Shown piece after piece: positions 8,196 through 18,476 of a DNA stretch of 54,161 nucleotides (positions are counted from its first letter, which is position 1; the number at the start of each line of letters is the position of its first letter). The DNA is from Candidatus Levyibacteriota bacterium (GTDB lineage: Bacteria; Patescibacteriota; Microgenomatia; Levybacterales; UBA12049). Made by a program: the position numbers and the translations under genes. The notes beneath the pieces were generated by a model, which ran no database searches, was not told the origin of the DNA, and saw only the letters and a program-made list of their open reading frames with translations. Location: positions 1-54,161 of the forward strand of contig JAUSEW010000035.1 of assembly GCA_030651475.1 (NCBI GenBank), in the 5' to 3' direction.

Positions 8196-8204
8196 AAAAT
8201 AAAT

Positions 8205-8792
8205 TTAAACGACAAATCTCTTACTTATAATATACACTATAATTGTCAATACTACACCTAAAACTCCACCTAATGCTGCCTCCAAAACCGTGTGCCCTTT
8301 CGTTTTAACTCTTGACCAGGCAACTATTGGAATTAACGGCAATAACAGCCAAAACAAATGCGCTCCATAGACAATACCTCCGGATAATACAAAAGCTGAA
8401 AGCGTAGCCAAGTGAAGGCTTGCTTTAATCCACTTATTAAGAGTGTCTATAATTATCAATCCAAAAAATACACCTAGAACTGCGACAACAAGCACTTTCG
8501 GTCCATTAAGAAGCAATAACGATATTAAATAGAAAAACATTACAAGTCCCGCGAAAGAAAAAAATAGCGGTCTTTGCTCTTTCTTGGAAATGTATATATC
8601 GGAAAAAAAGCCTGTCAGAACTCCTGCCAAAACGAAAAGCACCACCAATCCCATAAAAATATATGAAAACATTGTCCATTTTAAAGCGTATAAATCATTG
8701 CTGCTTACTTTATCTACCAAAACATATGGGGCCGCAAGAAGAACGATTATGGGATTTGAGAGAAAGGAGATTATCTTTGCGAAAAGCATCAT
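8205..8792 (-). CDS. PAP2-like integral membrane phosphatase
   Basis: Multi-TM protein with KASLH and WSRVKTKGHT resembling PAP2 motifs 2 and 3. Confidence 0.6.
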   Translation of the reverse strand: MMLFAKIISFLSNPIIVLLAAPYVLVDKVSSNDLYALKWTMFSYIFMGLVVLFVLAGVLTGFFSDIYISKKEQRPLFFSFAGLVMFFYLISLLLLNGPKVLVVAVLGVFFGLIIIDTLNKWIKASLHLATLSAFVLSGGIVYGAHLFWLLLPLIPIVAWSRVKTKGHTVLEAALGGVLGVVLTIIVYIISKRFVV

Positions 8793-10024
8793 ACGTCTAA
8801 TCTTTTTAGCATTTCTATAACTTTTTCTTTACCTACTATTTCCAAAGACTCCGGAAGAGGTAAGCCGCTTTCCTTACCTGTTAAAATTTTGTAAACAATT
8901 GGCATCCGAATATTTTCCTGGCTCATTGCTTTTTTCATAACAGTTAGAATTCCGTCTTTGCGCCAATTACTAATTTTCAAAAATCCATCTAAAAGTTTTT
9001 TACCAATATTTTTTTCTTTTCCATCCAAACCAAAATCCAACTTTTCTATAAATGGCTTGATTAATTCGTAAAATTCATTAAGAGTTTTTATCCTTGATTG
9101 CGCCAAGACTAAAAAACTGTGCAGTATTTCCTCGCTAACATTCTTTAGCTTATCTTTAAATCTTTCTTCAATTTCTTTTTTAAGGTCAATAATTGCCAGT
9201 TTGCGGATATAAACACTATTCATCCATTCCAATTTTTGAATATCAAAAACAGGACTCGAAGTATTTACATCCTTTAAGTCAAATAGCTTTATCATTTCCG
9301 AAATTGAAAAGATTTCGTTGTCTCCGCCAGGATTCCACCCCAAAAGCACCATAAAATTTAGAAGCGCATTTCTTAAATATCCTTCATTTCTATAATCAAG
9401 AACTGATTTCGCTCCGTCTCTTTTTGAAAGTTTTTTCTTGTCCTTTCCCAGAATAACAGGCAGGTGAGCAAAAAAAGGTAGCGCCCAAGAAAAACTTTTA
9501 TATAAAAGCAGATGCTTAGGCGTTGAAGATATCCACTCGTCTCCTCTTATCACGTGAGAAATCTCCATTAAATGATCATCAACTACGCTTGCCAAATGAT
9601 ATGTTGGAAATCCATCCGATTTAATAATTACAAACTCTTCTATGTCTTGGCTTTTGAATGAAATCGATTTGTTTCCGACTAAATCTGTCCAGGAAAATAT
9701 TTGATCTTGAGGAATTTTCATCCACACGGCGCCTTCTTTTTCGTAAGCCAATTTTTTATCAAGCAAGATTTTTGCATATTTTTTATATTCATCTATTCTT
9801 TCCGATTGGGTATAGGTTTCATCGGGAGAAATACCAAGAAAATCTAGAATTTCAACTATGGCTTCTTGCGCGCCCTTCACAATTCTTTTTCTGTCCGTAT
9901 CTTCGATACGAAGAATAAATTTACCCTTATTATGTCTCGCGAAAAGATAGTTAAAAAGAGCTGTTCTCGTATTTCCGATATGCGGAATCCCTGTGGGACT
10001 TGGTGCAATTCTTACTCTAACCAT
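8789..10024 (-). CDS. gltX: Glutamate--tRNA ligase (short form)
   Basis: RIAPSPTG-HIGN, HVIRGDEW, KLSKR. Confidence 0.96.
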   Translation of the reverse strand: MVRVRIAPSPTGIPHIGNTRTALFNYLFARHNKGKFILRIEDTDRKRIVKGAQEAIVEILDFLGISPDETYTQSERIDEYKKYAKILLDKKLAYEKEGAVWMKIPQDQIFSWTDLVGNKSISFKSQDIEEFVIIKSDGFPTYHLASVVDDHLMEISHVIRGDEWISSTPKHLLLYKSFSWALPFFAHLPVILGKDKKKLSKRDGAKSVLDYRNEGYLRNALLNFMVLLGWNPGGDNEIFSISEMIKLFDLKDVNTSSPVFDIQKLEWMNSVYIRKLAIIDLKKEIEERFKDKLKNVSEEILHSFLVLAQSRIKTLNEFYELIKPFIEKLDFGLDGKEKNIGKKLLDGFLKISNWRKDGILTVMKKAMSQENIRMPIVYKILTGKESGLPLPESLEIVGKEKVIEMLKRLDV

Positions 10025-10067
10025 AATATGTATTGATTGTACTTGAATTTTTATCTATACTCAATAT

Positions 10068-11114
10068 GTGTTAACCCTCAATAAAACTGCTTTGGAAATA
10101 AAAGGATTATCTAAACTTTTAGGTATTTTTGTAGGGGTATCTGTTGCAATTTTTTTATTAATAGAGCTGGGACTTTTTATTAAAGAGAAGATTTCACCAA
10201 CTCCTCCTCCTGCGCCAACAGTTGCGTTTGGCAAACTGTCTCCTGTTAACTTTCCCCCAAGCGCAACAGGCAAAAAATTAACATATTCCTTAGATACGGT
10301 AACAGGTTCTTTGCCGACATTTCAAGACAGAGAAAGAGTGTATAAAATGGAGACCGTTAAACCTGATCTTCTTGCATTGGACAAGACCCAAGCTAAGGTT
10401 GCTAAGGTTGGATTTACGTCTAACGGCATTGCTCTTTCCGAAGATACATATCAATGGACTGACCAAAGCCCTCTATCTAAACAGTTAATAATGAATATAT
10501 TTTCTTATAACTTCACTCTATCTTCGTCCTTCCTATCTAGTCCTCTTTCCGACTCCCCAAACAATTTGGGTAATCAAAATGACGCTTTGAATACCGCTCA
10601 AGCTTTCTTGCTGAATATGTCCATACTCCCAAATGATTTAGACCTGATAAAAACAAAAAGTTTTCTCTTTTCAATGAAAGATAATACTCTAATTCCGGCA
10701 ACAAGTATTTCCAATGCTAATGTTTTAAGGGTAGATTTTTTCCAAGCCGACAGAAACAGATTGCCTATTTATTATCCAAAAACTGCAACCTCAACAATGA
10801 CTCTATTTGTTGAAAATATCCAAAACCAATTACAGATTGTTAACGGCCATTTCTTTCACCAAAATATTTCCACTAAATTTTCCACTTATCCTCTTAAAAC
10901 CGCAAGCCAAGCTTTTTCAGAATTAAAAAATCAGAAAGCATACATAGCATCCTATTCCGGCAATAACGATAATGTCTCAATTAAAAATGTTTTCTTGGCT
11001 TACCTTATGGAAGATTCCCCGCAAGATTATCTGATGCCAATAATAATTTTTGAAGGAAGCAATGGGTTCTTCGCCTATGTATCGGCAGTTACGGATGGAT
11101 GGATAAATAAGTAA
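10068..11114 (+). CDS. Membrane-anchored hypothetical protein
   Basis: 348-aa ORF, one N-terminal TM helix then Pro-rich linker; TATACT 6 nt upstream of GTG; no family recognised. Confidence 0.7.
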   Translation: MLTLNKTALEIKGLSKLLGIFVGVSVAIFLLIELGLFIKEKISPTPPPAPTVAFGKLSPVNFPPSATGKKLTYSLDTVTGSLPTFQDRERVYKMETVKPDLLALDKTQAKVAKVGFTSNGIALSEDTYQWTDQSPLSKQLIMNIFSYNFTLSSSFLSSPLSDSPNNLGNQNDALNTAQAFLLNMSILPNDLDLIKTKSFLFSMKDNTLIPATSISNANVLRVDFFQADRNRLPIYYPKTATSTMTLFVENIQNQLQIVNGHFFHQNISTKFSTYPLKTASQAFSELKNQKAYIASYSGNNDNVSIKNVFLAYLMEDSPQDYLMPIIIFEGSNGFFAYVSAVTDGWINK

Positions 11115-12054
11115 AATTTCCTGAAATTAAATCTAAAAGTGTTTTTGTATCCGCGAACCTATCCTCGCTTTTCATAACAACAATAATAAGCCTATGCCCG
11201 TTTTTAATTGTGGATGTAACCAAAACTCCCTGCGCTTCATCCGTAAATCCTGTCTTTATTCCATCAACCCCGCTTATTCCCAAAAGCTTATTTAGATTTT
11301 TAATTGAATAAGTATGCTCGTCCGTAATATCTGCTATGTCTATTTTTTTAGTTGAAACAATTTTGGAAAATTCTTTGTTTTTCAAAGCTATAGATGCAAG
11401 CCTTGCGAGATCCAAAACCGTCGTATAGTCTCCATAGTCATCAAGACCGTTTGTATCGGAAAAATGAGTATTATAAAGCCGAAGCTCTATTGCCTTATCA
11501 TTCATTTTTTTTACAAATTCAGTTTCTCCTCCCGAATAATTGTCTGCAATAGTAAGCGCAGCGTCATTGCCGGAGGGAAGAAGCATGCCGTACAAAAGAT
11601 TCTCAAAAGTCATCTTTTCTCCTTCCATTAGTCCCAATAACGAACCTTCTACGTTTGAAGTCATAACTTCTAAAACATCATCTAATTTATAATAAGAAAG
11701 CCCTATTAATGCTGTCATGATTTTAGTTGTGGAAGCCATTGAAAAACGAAGATGTGGCTTTTGGGCAAAGAGCACAGCCTTAGAATCATCATCCATTACT
11801 ATTGCTGCTTGAGCTGTAATGTCAGGATTTAAAGGAGATTTAAGAATCGGATATAAAGATAAATCCGGTAATTCTATTGGCGCTTCTGCGACTTTATTAT
11901 TTTGTAAATATCTTTGGGTGTTCAGATCGATAAATACAATTAAAAATAGCAATAAAAACAAAACCAAAGGAGAACCGTATAGTAAAATCCTTTTTTTAGA
12001 AAAAAATTTAGGAAGTTTTTTTATCTTTTTTATTGATAACAGAAAGTCTTTCAT
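11089..12054 (-). CDS. dacA: D-alanyl-D-alanine carboxypeptidase (peptidase S11)
   Basis: SxxK (STTK), SGN, KTG motifs, N-terminal TM; start uncertain (12054 or 12099), overlaps aspS 3' end. Confidence 0.88.
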   Translation of the reverse strand: MKDFLLSIKKIKKLPKFFSKKRILLYGSPLVLFLLLFLIVFIDLNTQRYLQNNKVAEAPIELPDLSLYPILKSPLNPDITAQAAIVMDDDSKAVLFAQKPHLRFSMASTTKIMTALIGLSYYKLDDVLEVMTSNVEGSLLGLMEGEKMTFENLLYGMLLPSGNDAALTIADNYSGGETEFVKKMNDKAIELRLYNTHFSDTNGLDDYGDYTTVLDLARLASIALKNKEFSKIVSTKKIDIADITDEHTYSIKNLNKLLGISGVDGIKTGFTDEAQGVLVTSTIKNGHRLIIVVMKSEDRFADTKTLLDLISGNFTYLSIHP

Positions 12055-13393
12055 CAATTCTCTCCATATCTCTTGGGAAAAGACTTGCTTCCCTAACATT
12101 TGCTAATCCCAATATGTCTTTCGTAACTCTTTCCAGTCCTAAAGCAAATCCTCCTTCCGGCGGCATTCCGTATCTAAAGGCTTGAAGATAAATCTCAAAA
12201 TTCTCTTTTTTATTTCCCCACTTTTTAATGTGCGTAAGCAATTGCTCGTAATTATTAATTCTTTGTCCGCCTGTTACCCATTCCTCACTGATCCCCAAGA
12301 GGTCAAAACTTAACGTAGACTCCTGATCGCTCGGATCCGGCATGGTATAAAACGGACGTTTCTTCGTAGGGAAATGTGTAACGAAAACAAATGGAGCGCC
12401 GGTTTCCTCTTTTGCCCAAACGCATAATTCTTTTTCGTCAGACGGATTTAAATCAGGCGCATTTCTATTATCCATACCCGTTCTTTTGAATATAAGTTCC
12501 TGTGCATCTACGAGCTTAACTCTAGGAATAGCTTTTTTTATTTGAGGTATCTCATTTATACCAAGTGTCGAAATCTCATTTTTATTTTCTTCCCGAACGT
12601 TTTTAAGGATTGATGTGATTAATTTCTCCGCGGCATTCATAAGATCTTCCCATGAATTTATAAATCCAAATTCGACGTCAAGACTAACATATTCCGATAG
12701 GTGCCTTGTTGTGATAGATGGCTCCGCGCGATAAGCATGGGCAACAGTAAATACTTTTTCAAAAACTCCTACCATTATTTGTTTATAAAGTTGGGGAGAT
12801 TGGGCAAGATAAGCATTTCTACTATAATAGTTAACGGAAAAAACTTCTGCTCCTCCTTCGGTTGCAGTCGGAACAATACTCGGTACGAAAATTTCAGTAA
12901 ATCCTTCTTCCTTAAGCGCAGAACGAAACGAGGACGCTATAGTTTCCTGAATTTTGAAAATCGCAGCAATTTTTGGATGACGAAGAGTTAGCGCTCTATA
13001 ATCAAGAAGTGTCGGTAATTCTAAATTAAGATTTGGTCCTCCCATGTCAAATGGAAGAACTTCTGCTTTGGAAAGAATTTTAATATCTTTTGCCTCTATT
13101 TCTACTGCGCCGGTTGATGATTCTTTGGCAGCAGCTGTTTTGGGTCTTTCCTTAACAAGACCTATTAATTCTATTGCGAATTCGGGGCGAAGCCCCAATG
13201 ATTCCTTGTATGCTTTTTCCGAGATTTGCTGATTGACAACTACTTGAACTGCTCCTGATCTGTCCCTAAGGTCAAGAAAAACCAATTTTCCGTGCGATCT
13301 TATTACCCTAACGAATCCCTTTAGAACAACTTCTTTGCCAATTTTGTCCGGGCAGTCGCTAATAAGAGTCCTTGTAGAATTTGTTATAGGCAT
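12008..13393 (-). CDS. aspS: Aspartate--tRNA(Asp/Asn) ligase, short non-discriminating type
   Basis: OB-fold anticodon domain, LAQSPQLYKQ, YRAE motif 2, PPEGGFALGLER motif 3, no GAD insertion. Confidence 0.9.
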   Translation of the reverse strand: MPITNSTRTLISDCPDKIGKEVVLKGFVRVIRSHGKLVFLDLRDRSGAVQVVVNQQISEKAYKESLGLRPEFAIELIGLVKERPKTAAAKESSTGAVEIEAKDIKILSKAEVLPFDMGGPNLNLELPTLLDYRALTLRHPKIAAIFKIQETIASSFRSALKEEGFTEIFVPSIVPTATEGGAEVFSVNYYSRNAYLAQSPQLYKQIMVGVFEKVFTVAHAYRAEPSITTRHLSEYVSLDVEFGFINSWEDLMNAAEKLITSILKNVREENKNEISTLGINEIPQIKKAIPRVKLVDAQELIFKRTGMDNRNAPDLNPSDEKELCVWAKEETGAPFVFVTHFPTKKRPFYTMPDPSDQESTLSFDLLGISEEWVTGGQRINNYEQLLTHIKKWGNKKENFEIYLQAFRYGMPPEGGFALGLERVTKDILGLANVREASLFPRDMERIDERLSVINKKDKKTS

Positions 13394-13399
13394 GCTATA

Positions 13400-13428
13400 A
13401 TAATAACTTGTTGTGCTTGTTTAGTCAA
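13400..13428 (-). promoter_or_regulatory. Leaderless-type promoter of aspS
   Basis: TTGACT, 17-nt spacer, TATTAT, 6 nt, ATG. Confidence 0.65.
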
Positions 13429-13490
13429 CGATATTTATTTGTCAGGTTTCTGTCAAGCGCACAACGCAAAAGTTTATTTAATATATTTAT

Positions 13491-13742
13491 ATGAGTATGA
13501 TAGAAGGACATGCGCTTACGGCTTGGGATTTAGCTGAAGTTGGTGCAGCGTTTAGACCCATTACAAGTAACGAAGTTGTAGATCCTAAACATGTATTAGT
13601 AAGGGGCGAAACGAGGCTTGTACCAGCCCGCCTTTATCCTAATCTTCCAGGACCACAACCGTCAATGAAGGAAGGTAATATATTAACTCATGCTGAGACG
13701 AATCCGCCACAATTAACGCCTCCTCCTATTTCAAATCCTTAA
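13491..13742 (+). CDS. Small Pro-rich hypothetical protein
   Basis: 83-aa ORF filling the gap between aspS and recJ; no family recognised. Confidence 0.45.
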   Translation: MSMIEGHALTAWDLAEVGAAFRPITSNEVVDPKHVLVRGETRLVPARLYPNLPGPQPSMKEGNILTHAETNPPQLTPPPISNP

Positions 13743-15354
13743 TCTTTAATTGCAATCGTTTGCTTCCAAGCCACTCATTTTCATCGATTGTGTAGGCAAT
13801 ATCCACTTTATCGCCAATATGTAGTTTTGATGATTCCCCCATTCCAAACCCAATCCCATCCAATGCGATATTTGATTTTTGATCTTTGATCTTTAATTTA
13901 ATATGTTTCCCATCCATACCAACCAATCTTATGTCTTCAATAATCACATTTTTTGACATAAAAGTAGGTTCAGGATTGCCCATTCCGAATGGAGAAAGCT
14001 TCTGAATTGAATCGTACAAGTCGCCTGTAACAGATGATAATGGCAATTCACAGTCTATCTTAAGCGTTCTAATTAAACTATTAATATCTATATCCTTTTC
14101 CCCTAATTCCCTTAATCTTTTTTCAAGAACTATTAATTTAGATGTTTCGACCGTGAAACCTGCTGCCATTGGATGTCCTCCCGCATCAACTAAAAGATCC
14201 GAAGATTTCCTGATAAATTCTATGATATTAAATCCCGATATTGACCTTGCCGATGCTTTGCTAAATTTCTCTCCTTTTGAAATAACAATTGCCGGCTTAT
14301 AAAATTCTTCTACCAATTTTCCGGCAACCAAACCAATTACCCCCTGCTGATATTCCTCATTCGCAACAAATAATAGTTTGCCTTTCCCTCCTTTTCTTAC
14401 GTTTAATATGGCATGCTCTGATGCTTCAATTGTTACCTGCTGACGTTCTTTATTCGTGCTGCCTAATTTCAAAGCAAGAACTTTCGCCTTATCTTTATTT
14501 TTGGTGCAGATAAGTCTTAAACTGTCCATTGCATACTCCAAACGCCCCATCGCATTAATTCGGGGAGCTATAATATGACCTATTGCATAAACATCAATTT
14601 TCAAGGGATCCAATACCGCTTCTTTAAATAGCTCCAAAAGTCCGATTCTTTTCGTTTGCTTAAGTTTTTCTAGACCAAATTTCAAAAGCGTTCTATTTGC
14701 TCCAACCAACGGAACTAAATCCGCAACCGTTGCCAGCGCCACCAATTCCAAATGTTCAAAATTTTCCATTTTCAGCTCTTGAGCCAGCATATAGGCTACT
14801 CCTGTTCCGCAAAGTTTGGTTGTGTGGACAATAGCCAAAGCTTTCGGTAAAACTTTTGATGGAACATGATGATCGGTGACAATAACATCTATACTTTGTT
14901 CGTTTGCAAACTTCACCGCCTCATTGGCAACAATCCCATTATCAACAGTGATAATCAATTCAACATTTTTGAGATTTGATTTTTGATTTTTAATATTTTC
15001 GATTCCGCGAATCGATAGGCCGTATCCCTCGTCAACCCTATGAGGAATATATGGCATAACTTCTGCGCCCAAACTATTTAGGGTTTCCCATAGAATCGCA
15101 GTTCCGCAAATTCCGTCAACATCATAATCGCCGAAAACCACAATCCGCTCTTTATTTTTTATTGCGGTTTTAATTCTATTGATTGCTTTTACAAGTTCTC
15201 TTTTATCGATACCAACGCTTTCAGCTGTTACTTTATTCAGTTTTGGATCTAAGAATTCTTCAATTTCTTCCTTCGTCTTTATCTGACGATTCTCCAATAA
15301 AACCTTCTTAATATCCTTTATTCTTGATTGATTTAAAATTTTCCACTTCTTCAT
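13726..15354 (-). CDS. recJ: Single-stranded DNA exonuclease RecJ
   Basis: GDYDVDG, ITVDNG, TDHH, ATVADLVPL, DHHA1 GGHPMAAG. Confidence 0.96.
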   Translation of the reverse strand: MKKWKILNQSRIKDIKKVLLENRQIKTKEEIEEFLDPKLNKVTAESVGIDKRELVKAINRIKTAIKNKERIVVFGDYDVDGICGTAILWETLNSLGAEVMPYIPHRVDEGYGLSIRGIENIKNQKSNLKNVELIITVDNGIVANEAVKFANEQSIDVIVTDHHVPSKVLPKALAIVHTTKLCGTGVAYMLAQELKMENFEHLELVALATVADLVPLVGANRTLLKFGLEKLKQTKRIGLLELFKEAVLDPLKIDVYAIGHIIAPRINAMGRLEYAMDSLRLICTKNKDKAKVLALKLGSTNKERQQVTIEASEHAILNVRKGGKGKLLFVANEEYQQGVIGLVAGKLVEEFYKPAIVISKGEKFSKASARSISGFNIIEFIRKSSDLLVDAGGHPMAAGFTVETSKLIVLEKRLRELGEKDIDINSLIRTLKIDCELPLSSVTGDLYDSIQKLSPFGMGNPEPTFMSKNVIIEDIRLVGMDGKHIKLKIKDQKSNIALDGIGFGMGESSKLHIGDKVDIAYTIDENEWLGSKRLQLKIKDLK

Positions 15355-15375
15355 AATCTGTTATACTATATCAGG

Positions 15376-16746
15376 ATGATTGAGTATATTCCACAAGAAA
15401 TTTTAGCTATTTACAAAAAAGTTCAGGACAGCGGTTTTGATGTTTATTTTGTCGGAGGCTGTGTTAGAAATTTACTGCTTGAGAAAAAAGTAAAAGACTG
15501 GGATCTAACGACAAATGCCGCACCGGAACAAATTCTTAAACTTTTTGGAAATGGTTTTTATGATAATAAATTCGGGACAGTTGGAGTTCCGATAGGAAAT
15601 ACGAAAGGGGTAGTTGAAATAACTACTTTTCGAACAGAACACGGCTTTTCAGATAAACGCCGTCCGGACAAAGTGTCGTGGGGGAAATCAATCGAAGAAG
15701 ATTTGGCCCGGCGGGACTTTACTGTCAATGCGATCGCTCTAAAACTATCTCGTCCAAAGGACGATCAGCCTTTGGCTGAAACTAATATCGTTGATCCATA
15801 TGAAGGGCAAAAAGATATTAAAGCGAAAATAATCCGTGCAGTTGGCGATCCAAAGAAACGTTTCAAAGAAGACGCATTGAGACTTCTTCGCGCTATCCGC
15901 ATAGCTTCAGAATACGGATTTACAATTGAGGAAAATACCTGGGAAGAAATACAAAAAGACGCTCCTCTTATAAAACATGTTTCCGGAGAAAGAGTACGCG
16001 TGGAATTATTGCGAATTCTTGGGGCAGAATATCCATACGACGGAATTATGCTTCTTAGGAATGCTAATCTATTGGAAAATATTATTCCTGAACTAATCGA
16101 AGGAATTGATGTTTCGCAAGTAAGACCGGGCAGACATCATACAAGCGACGTATTCACTCATAATCTTCTTTCTCTAAAATATTGTCCTTCGAAAGATCCA
16201 ATCGTTAGGTTTTCCGCGCTCCTTCATGATGTTGGCAAGCCAAAAGTCGCAAAAAACGACGAAGAAGGATTAATAATCTTCCACAATCATGAAATTGCAG
16301 GAGCAAGACTGGCTAAAGACATTTGCGACAGACTTAAGTTTTCCAAAAAAGAGAAAGAGAAGGTATATACGCTTATCCGCTGGCACATGTTTACGGTAGA
16401 TGAAAAAATAACCGATAGTGCTGTTCGAAGATTTATACGAAGAATTGGAGTTGAAAACGTAAAAGATATGATGGATTTAAGAATTGGAGATAGACTCGGA
16501 GGCGGAACTCAAACTGCAGAAAGCTGGCGTTTAAAACTTTTCAAAAAAAGAGTGGAAGAACAGCTGAAACCAAAACCATTCTCCATCAATGATCTTGCAG
16601 TTGACGGCAATGATATAATGAAAGAGTTAAATATTAAACCGGGGCCTAAGATTGGAGAAATTTTGCAAAAACTTTTTGAAGAAGTCGACGAAGATTTATC
16701 AAAAAATAATAAAGAATATCTCCTAAAAAGGATGCACGAAATATGA
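15376..16746 (+). CDS. cca: CCA-adding tRNA nucleotidyltransferase / poly(A) polymerase family with HD domain
   Basis: [39 protein letters not shown]. Confidence 0.9.
   Translation: MIEYIPQEILAIYKKVQDSGFDVYFVGGCVRNLLLEKKVKDWDLTTNAAPEQILKLFGNGFYDNKFGTVGVPIGNTKGVVEITTFRTEHGFSDKRRPDKVSWGKSIEEDLARRDFTVNAIALKLSRPKDDQPLAETNIVDPYEGQKDIKAKIIRAVGDPKKRFKEDALRLLRAIRIASEYGFTIEENTWEEIQKDAPLIKHVSGERVRVELLRILGAEYPYDGIMLLRNANLLENIIPELIEGIDVSQVRPGRHHTSDVFTHNLLSLKYCPSKDPIVRFSALLHDVGKPKVAKNDEEGLIIFHNHEIAGARLAKDICDRLKFSKKEKEKVYTLIRWHMFTVDEKITDSAVRRFIRRIGVENVKDMMDLRIGDRLGGGTQTAESWRLKLFKKRVEEQLKPKPFSINDLAVDGNDIMKELNIKPGPKIGEILQKLFEEVDEDLSKNNKEYLLKRMHEI
15754..15779. repeat. In-frame palindromic element inside the CCA enzyme gene
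   Basis: CCAAAGG-ACGATCAG-CCTTTGG plus overlapping TCAGCC-TTT-GGCTGA; encodes PKDDQPLAE. Confidence 0.65.
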
Positions 16747-17891
16747 GAAAGTTCTTTACTTCCGAATCCGTAACCGAAGGCCACCCCGATAAAATTTGCG
16801 ACCAAGTCGCGGACGCTGTTCTTGATGAGGTTTTAAAAGATGATCCGGATAGCGCTTGCTGCTGTGAAGTGTTTACAACTACCGGTCTTGTTCTAGTCGG
16901 AGGAGAAATTACTACTAAAACCTATGTTGATGTTCAATCAATCGTTCGTAATGTCCTCAAGGATATCGGATATACAAATGCCGATTACGGAATTGATTAC
17001 AAAAGCTGTGCTGTCGTAAGCGTTATCCACGAACAAAGCAAAGATATCGCTCAAGGAGAAAACCCTAAAAAAGCCTTGCACAAGGCGCAGGGCGCCGGAG
17101 ATCAGGGCATGATGGTGGGTTTTGCATGTCGCGAGACTCCGGAGCTTATGCCGCTTCCTATTATGCTTGCCCACAAAATGGCCAAACGATTAGCGGAAGT
17201 TCGAAAAAAGAAAATAATCCCCTATCTTAGACCGGACGGTAAGACTCAAGTTACGGTTGAGTACGAAAACGACAAGCCTGTTGGCATCGAAACTGTTGTT
17301 ATTGCCGCTCAACACGATGACGGAATTCCATATAAAAAAATCCGCGCCGACATTATTAAGCATGTCATTAAACCTATTTGCGGTTCAATGCTCAATGGAA
17401 AGGCAAAAATTTATATTAATGAGACCGGAAAATTTGTTACCGGCGGACCTCAAGGAGATACGGATGTAACGGGAAGAAAAATAATTGTAGATACCTACGG
17501 CGGAATGGCTCGGCATGGCGGAGGAGCATTCAGTGGCAAAGTTCCCAATAAACAAGACCGAAGCGGTGCCTATATGGCACGCTATATCGCCAAAAACGTA
17601 GTCGCAGCAGGATTGGCGGATAAATGCGAGCTGCAACTTGCTTATGCTATTGGCTATCCTGAACCGGTATCAGTGCACGTTACGACCTTCGGAACAGGAA
17701 AAGTTGACGACCAACGTATTGAAAAAGCAATTCGTTCGGTGTTCGATATGAGCCCTGCAGGCATTATTAAAACCCTCAATCTCAAACGTCCTATCTACCG
17801 CCAAACTGCTTGCTATGGTCATTTTGGCCGACCGGAATTTCCATGGGAAAAAACCGATAAAATTTCAGCCCTACTAAAATTTTCAAAATAA
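16743..17891 (+). CDS. metK: S-adenosylmethionine synthetase (divergent at conserved motifs)
   Basis: [39 protein letters not shown]. Confidence 0.93.
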   Translation: MRKFFTSESVTEGHPDKICDQVADAVLDEVLKDDPDSACCCEVFTTTGLVLVGGEITTKTYVDVQSIVRNVLKDIGYTNADYGIDYKSCAVVSVIHEQSKDIAQGENPKKALHKAQGAGDQGMMVGFACRETPELMPLPIMLAHKMAKRLAEVRKKKIIPYLRPDGKTQVTVEYENDKPVGIETVVIAAQHDDGIPYKKIRADIIKHVIKPICGSMLNGKAKIYINETGKFVTGGPQGDTDVTGRKIIVDTYGGMARHGGGAFSGKVPNKQDRSGAYMARYIAKNVVAAGLADKCELQLAYAIGYPEPVSVHVTTFGTGKVDDQRIEKAIRSVFDMSPAGIIKTLNLKRPIYRQTACYGHFGRPEFPWEKTDKISALLKFSK

Positions 17892-17905
17892 TTCTTTTTT
17901 CTTAA

Positions 17906-18379
17906 CTACGTTAGTTTAATTTCTATCCGTTTGTCGATATACTTACCGTTAATCTTCGCACTGGTATTAATCCATATTTTTTCAGGAACTGCCTTATAAA
18001 CTCTTCTTGGCATTTCGTCTTGGAATTGAAATGTTTTATGATGTCCTAGCTTATTAATTCTTCCATCAAGATATTTAAGAGCATTTTCTATTTCTTTTTC
18101 ATTATTAAGCTCTTGCGCTTTCGCCTTAACATATACGCCTTCTCCTGTGCCCTCTGGAACAGTTGAATCATAAATAACAATAAATATCTTGTTGTTTTCT
18201 TTTATATTTTTTGAATGTTGATTTTCTCGCCATGAAACCCAATAGAAATTATAATTTTCATCAAACGCTGAATACAAAGGAGAATTCCAAGGTTGACCAT
18301 TCCTATCTGAAGTAGCGATAGTTATATAAAGAATTTTAGAAATAATTTCCCTTGCTCTTTTTGTAAGTTCTTGGCCCAT
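17906..18379 (-). CDS. Pyridoxamine 5'-phosphate oxidase-like FMN-binding protein
   Basis: YITIAT...GQPWNSPLY, SRHS-like NQHSKNI motif; start at 18379 or 18388. Confidence 0.75.
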   Translation of the reverse strand: MGQELTKRAREIISKILYITIATSDRNGQPWNSPLYSAFDENYNFYWVSWRENQHSKNIKENNKIFIVIYDSTVPEGTGEGVYVKAKAQELNNEKEIENALKYLDGRINKLGHHKTFQFQDEMPRRVYKAVPEKIWINTSAKINGKYIDKRIEIKLT

Positions 18380-18476
18380 AAGCTTCAAGGTTAACCTCGA
18401 ATTTAATTATACCATTTTAAAATCAAAACGCCATTTCAAATTGGACTCTGAGATTCAAAAAGGATATAATCGAAAT

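Noticed and set aside
16690-16745. SAM riboswitch upstream of metK
   Set aside because: metK overlaps the cca stop by 4 nt; there is no leader
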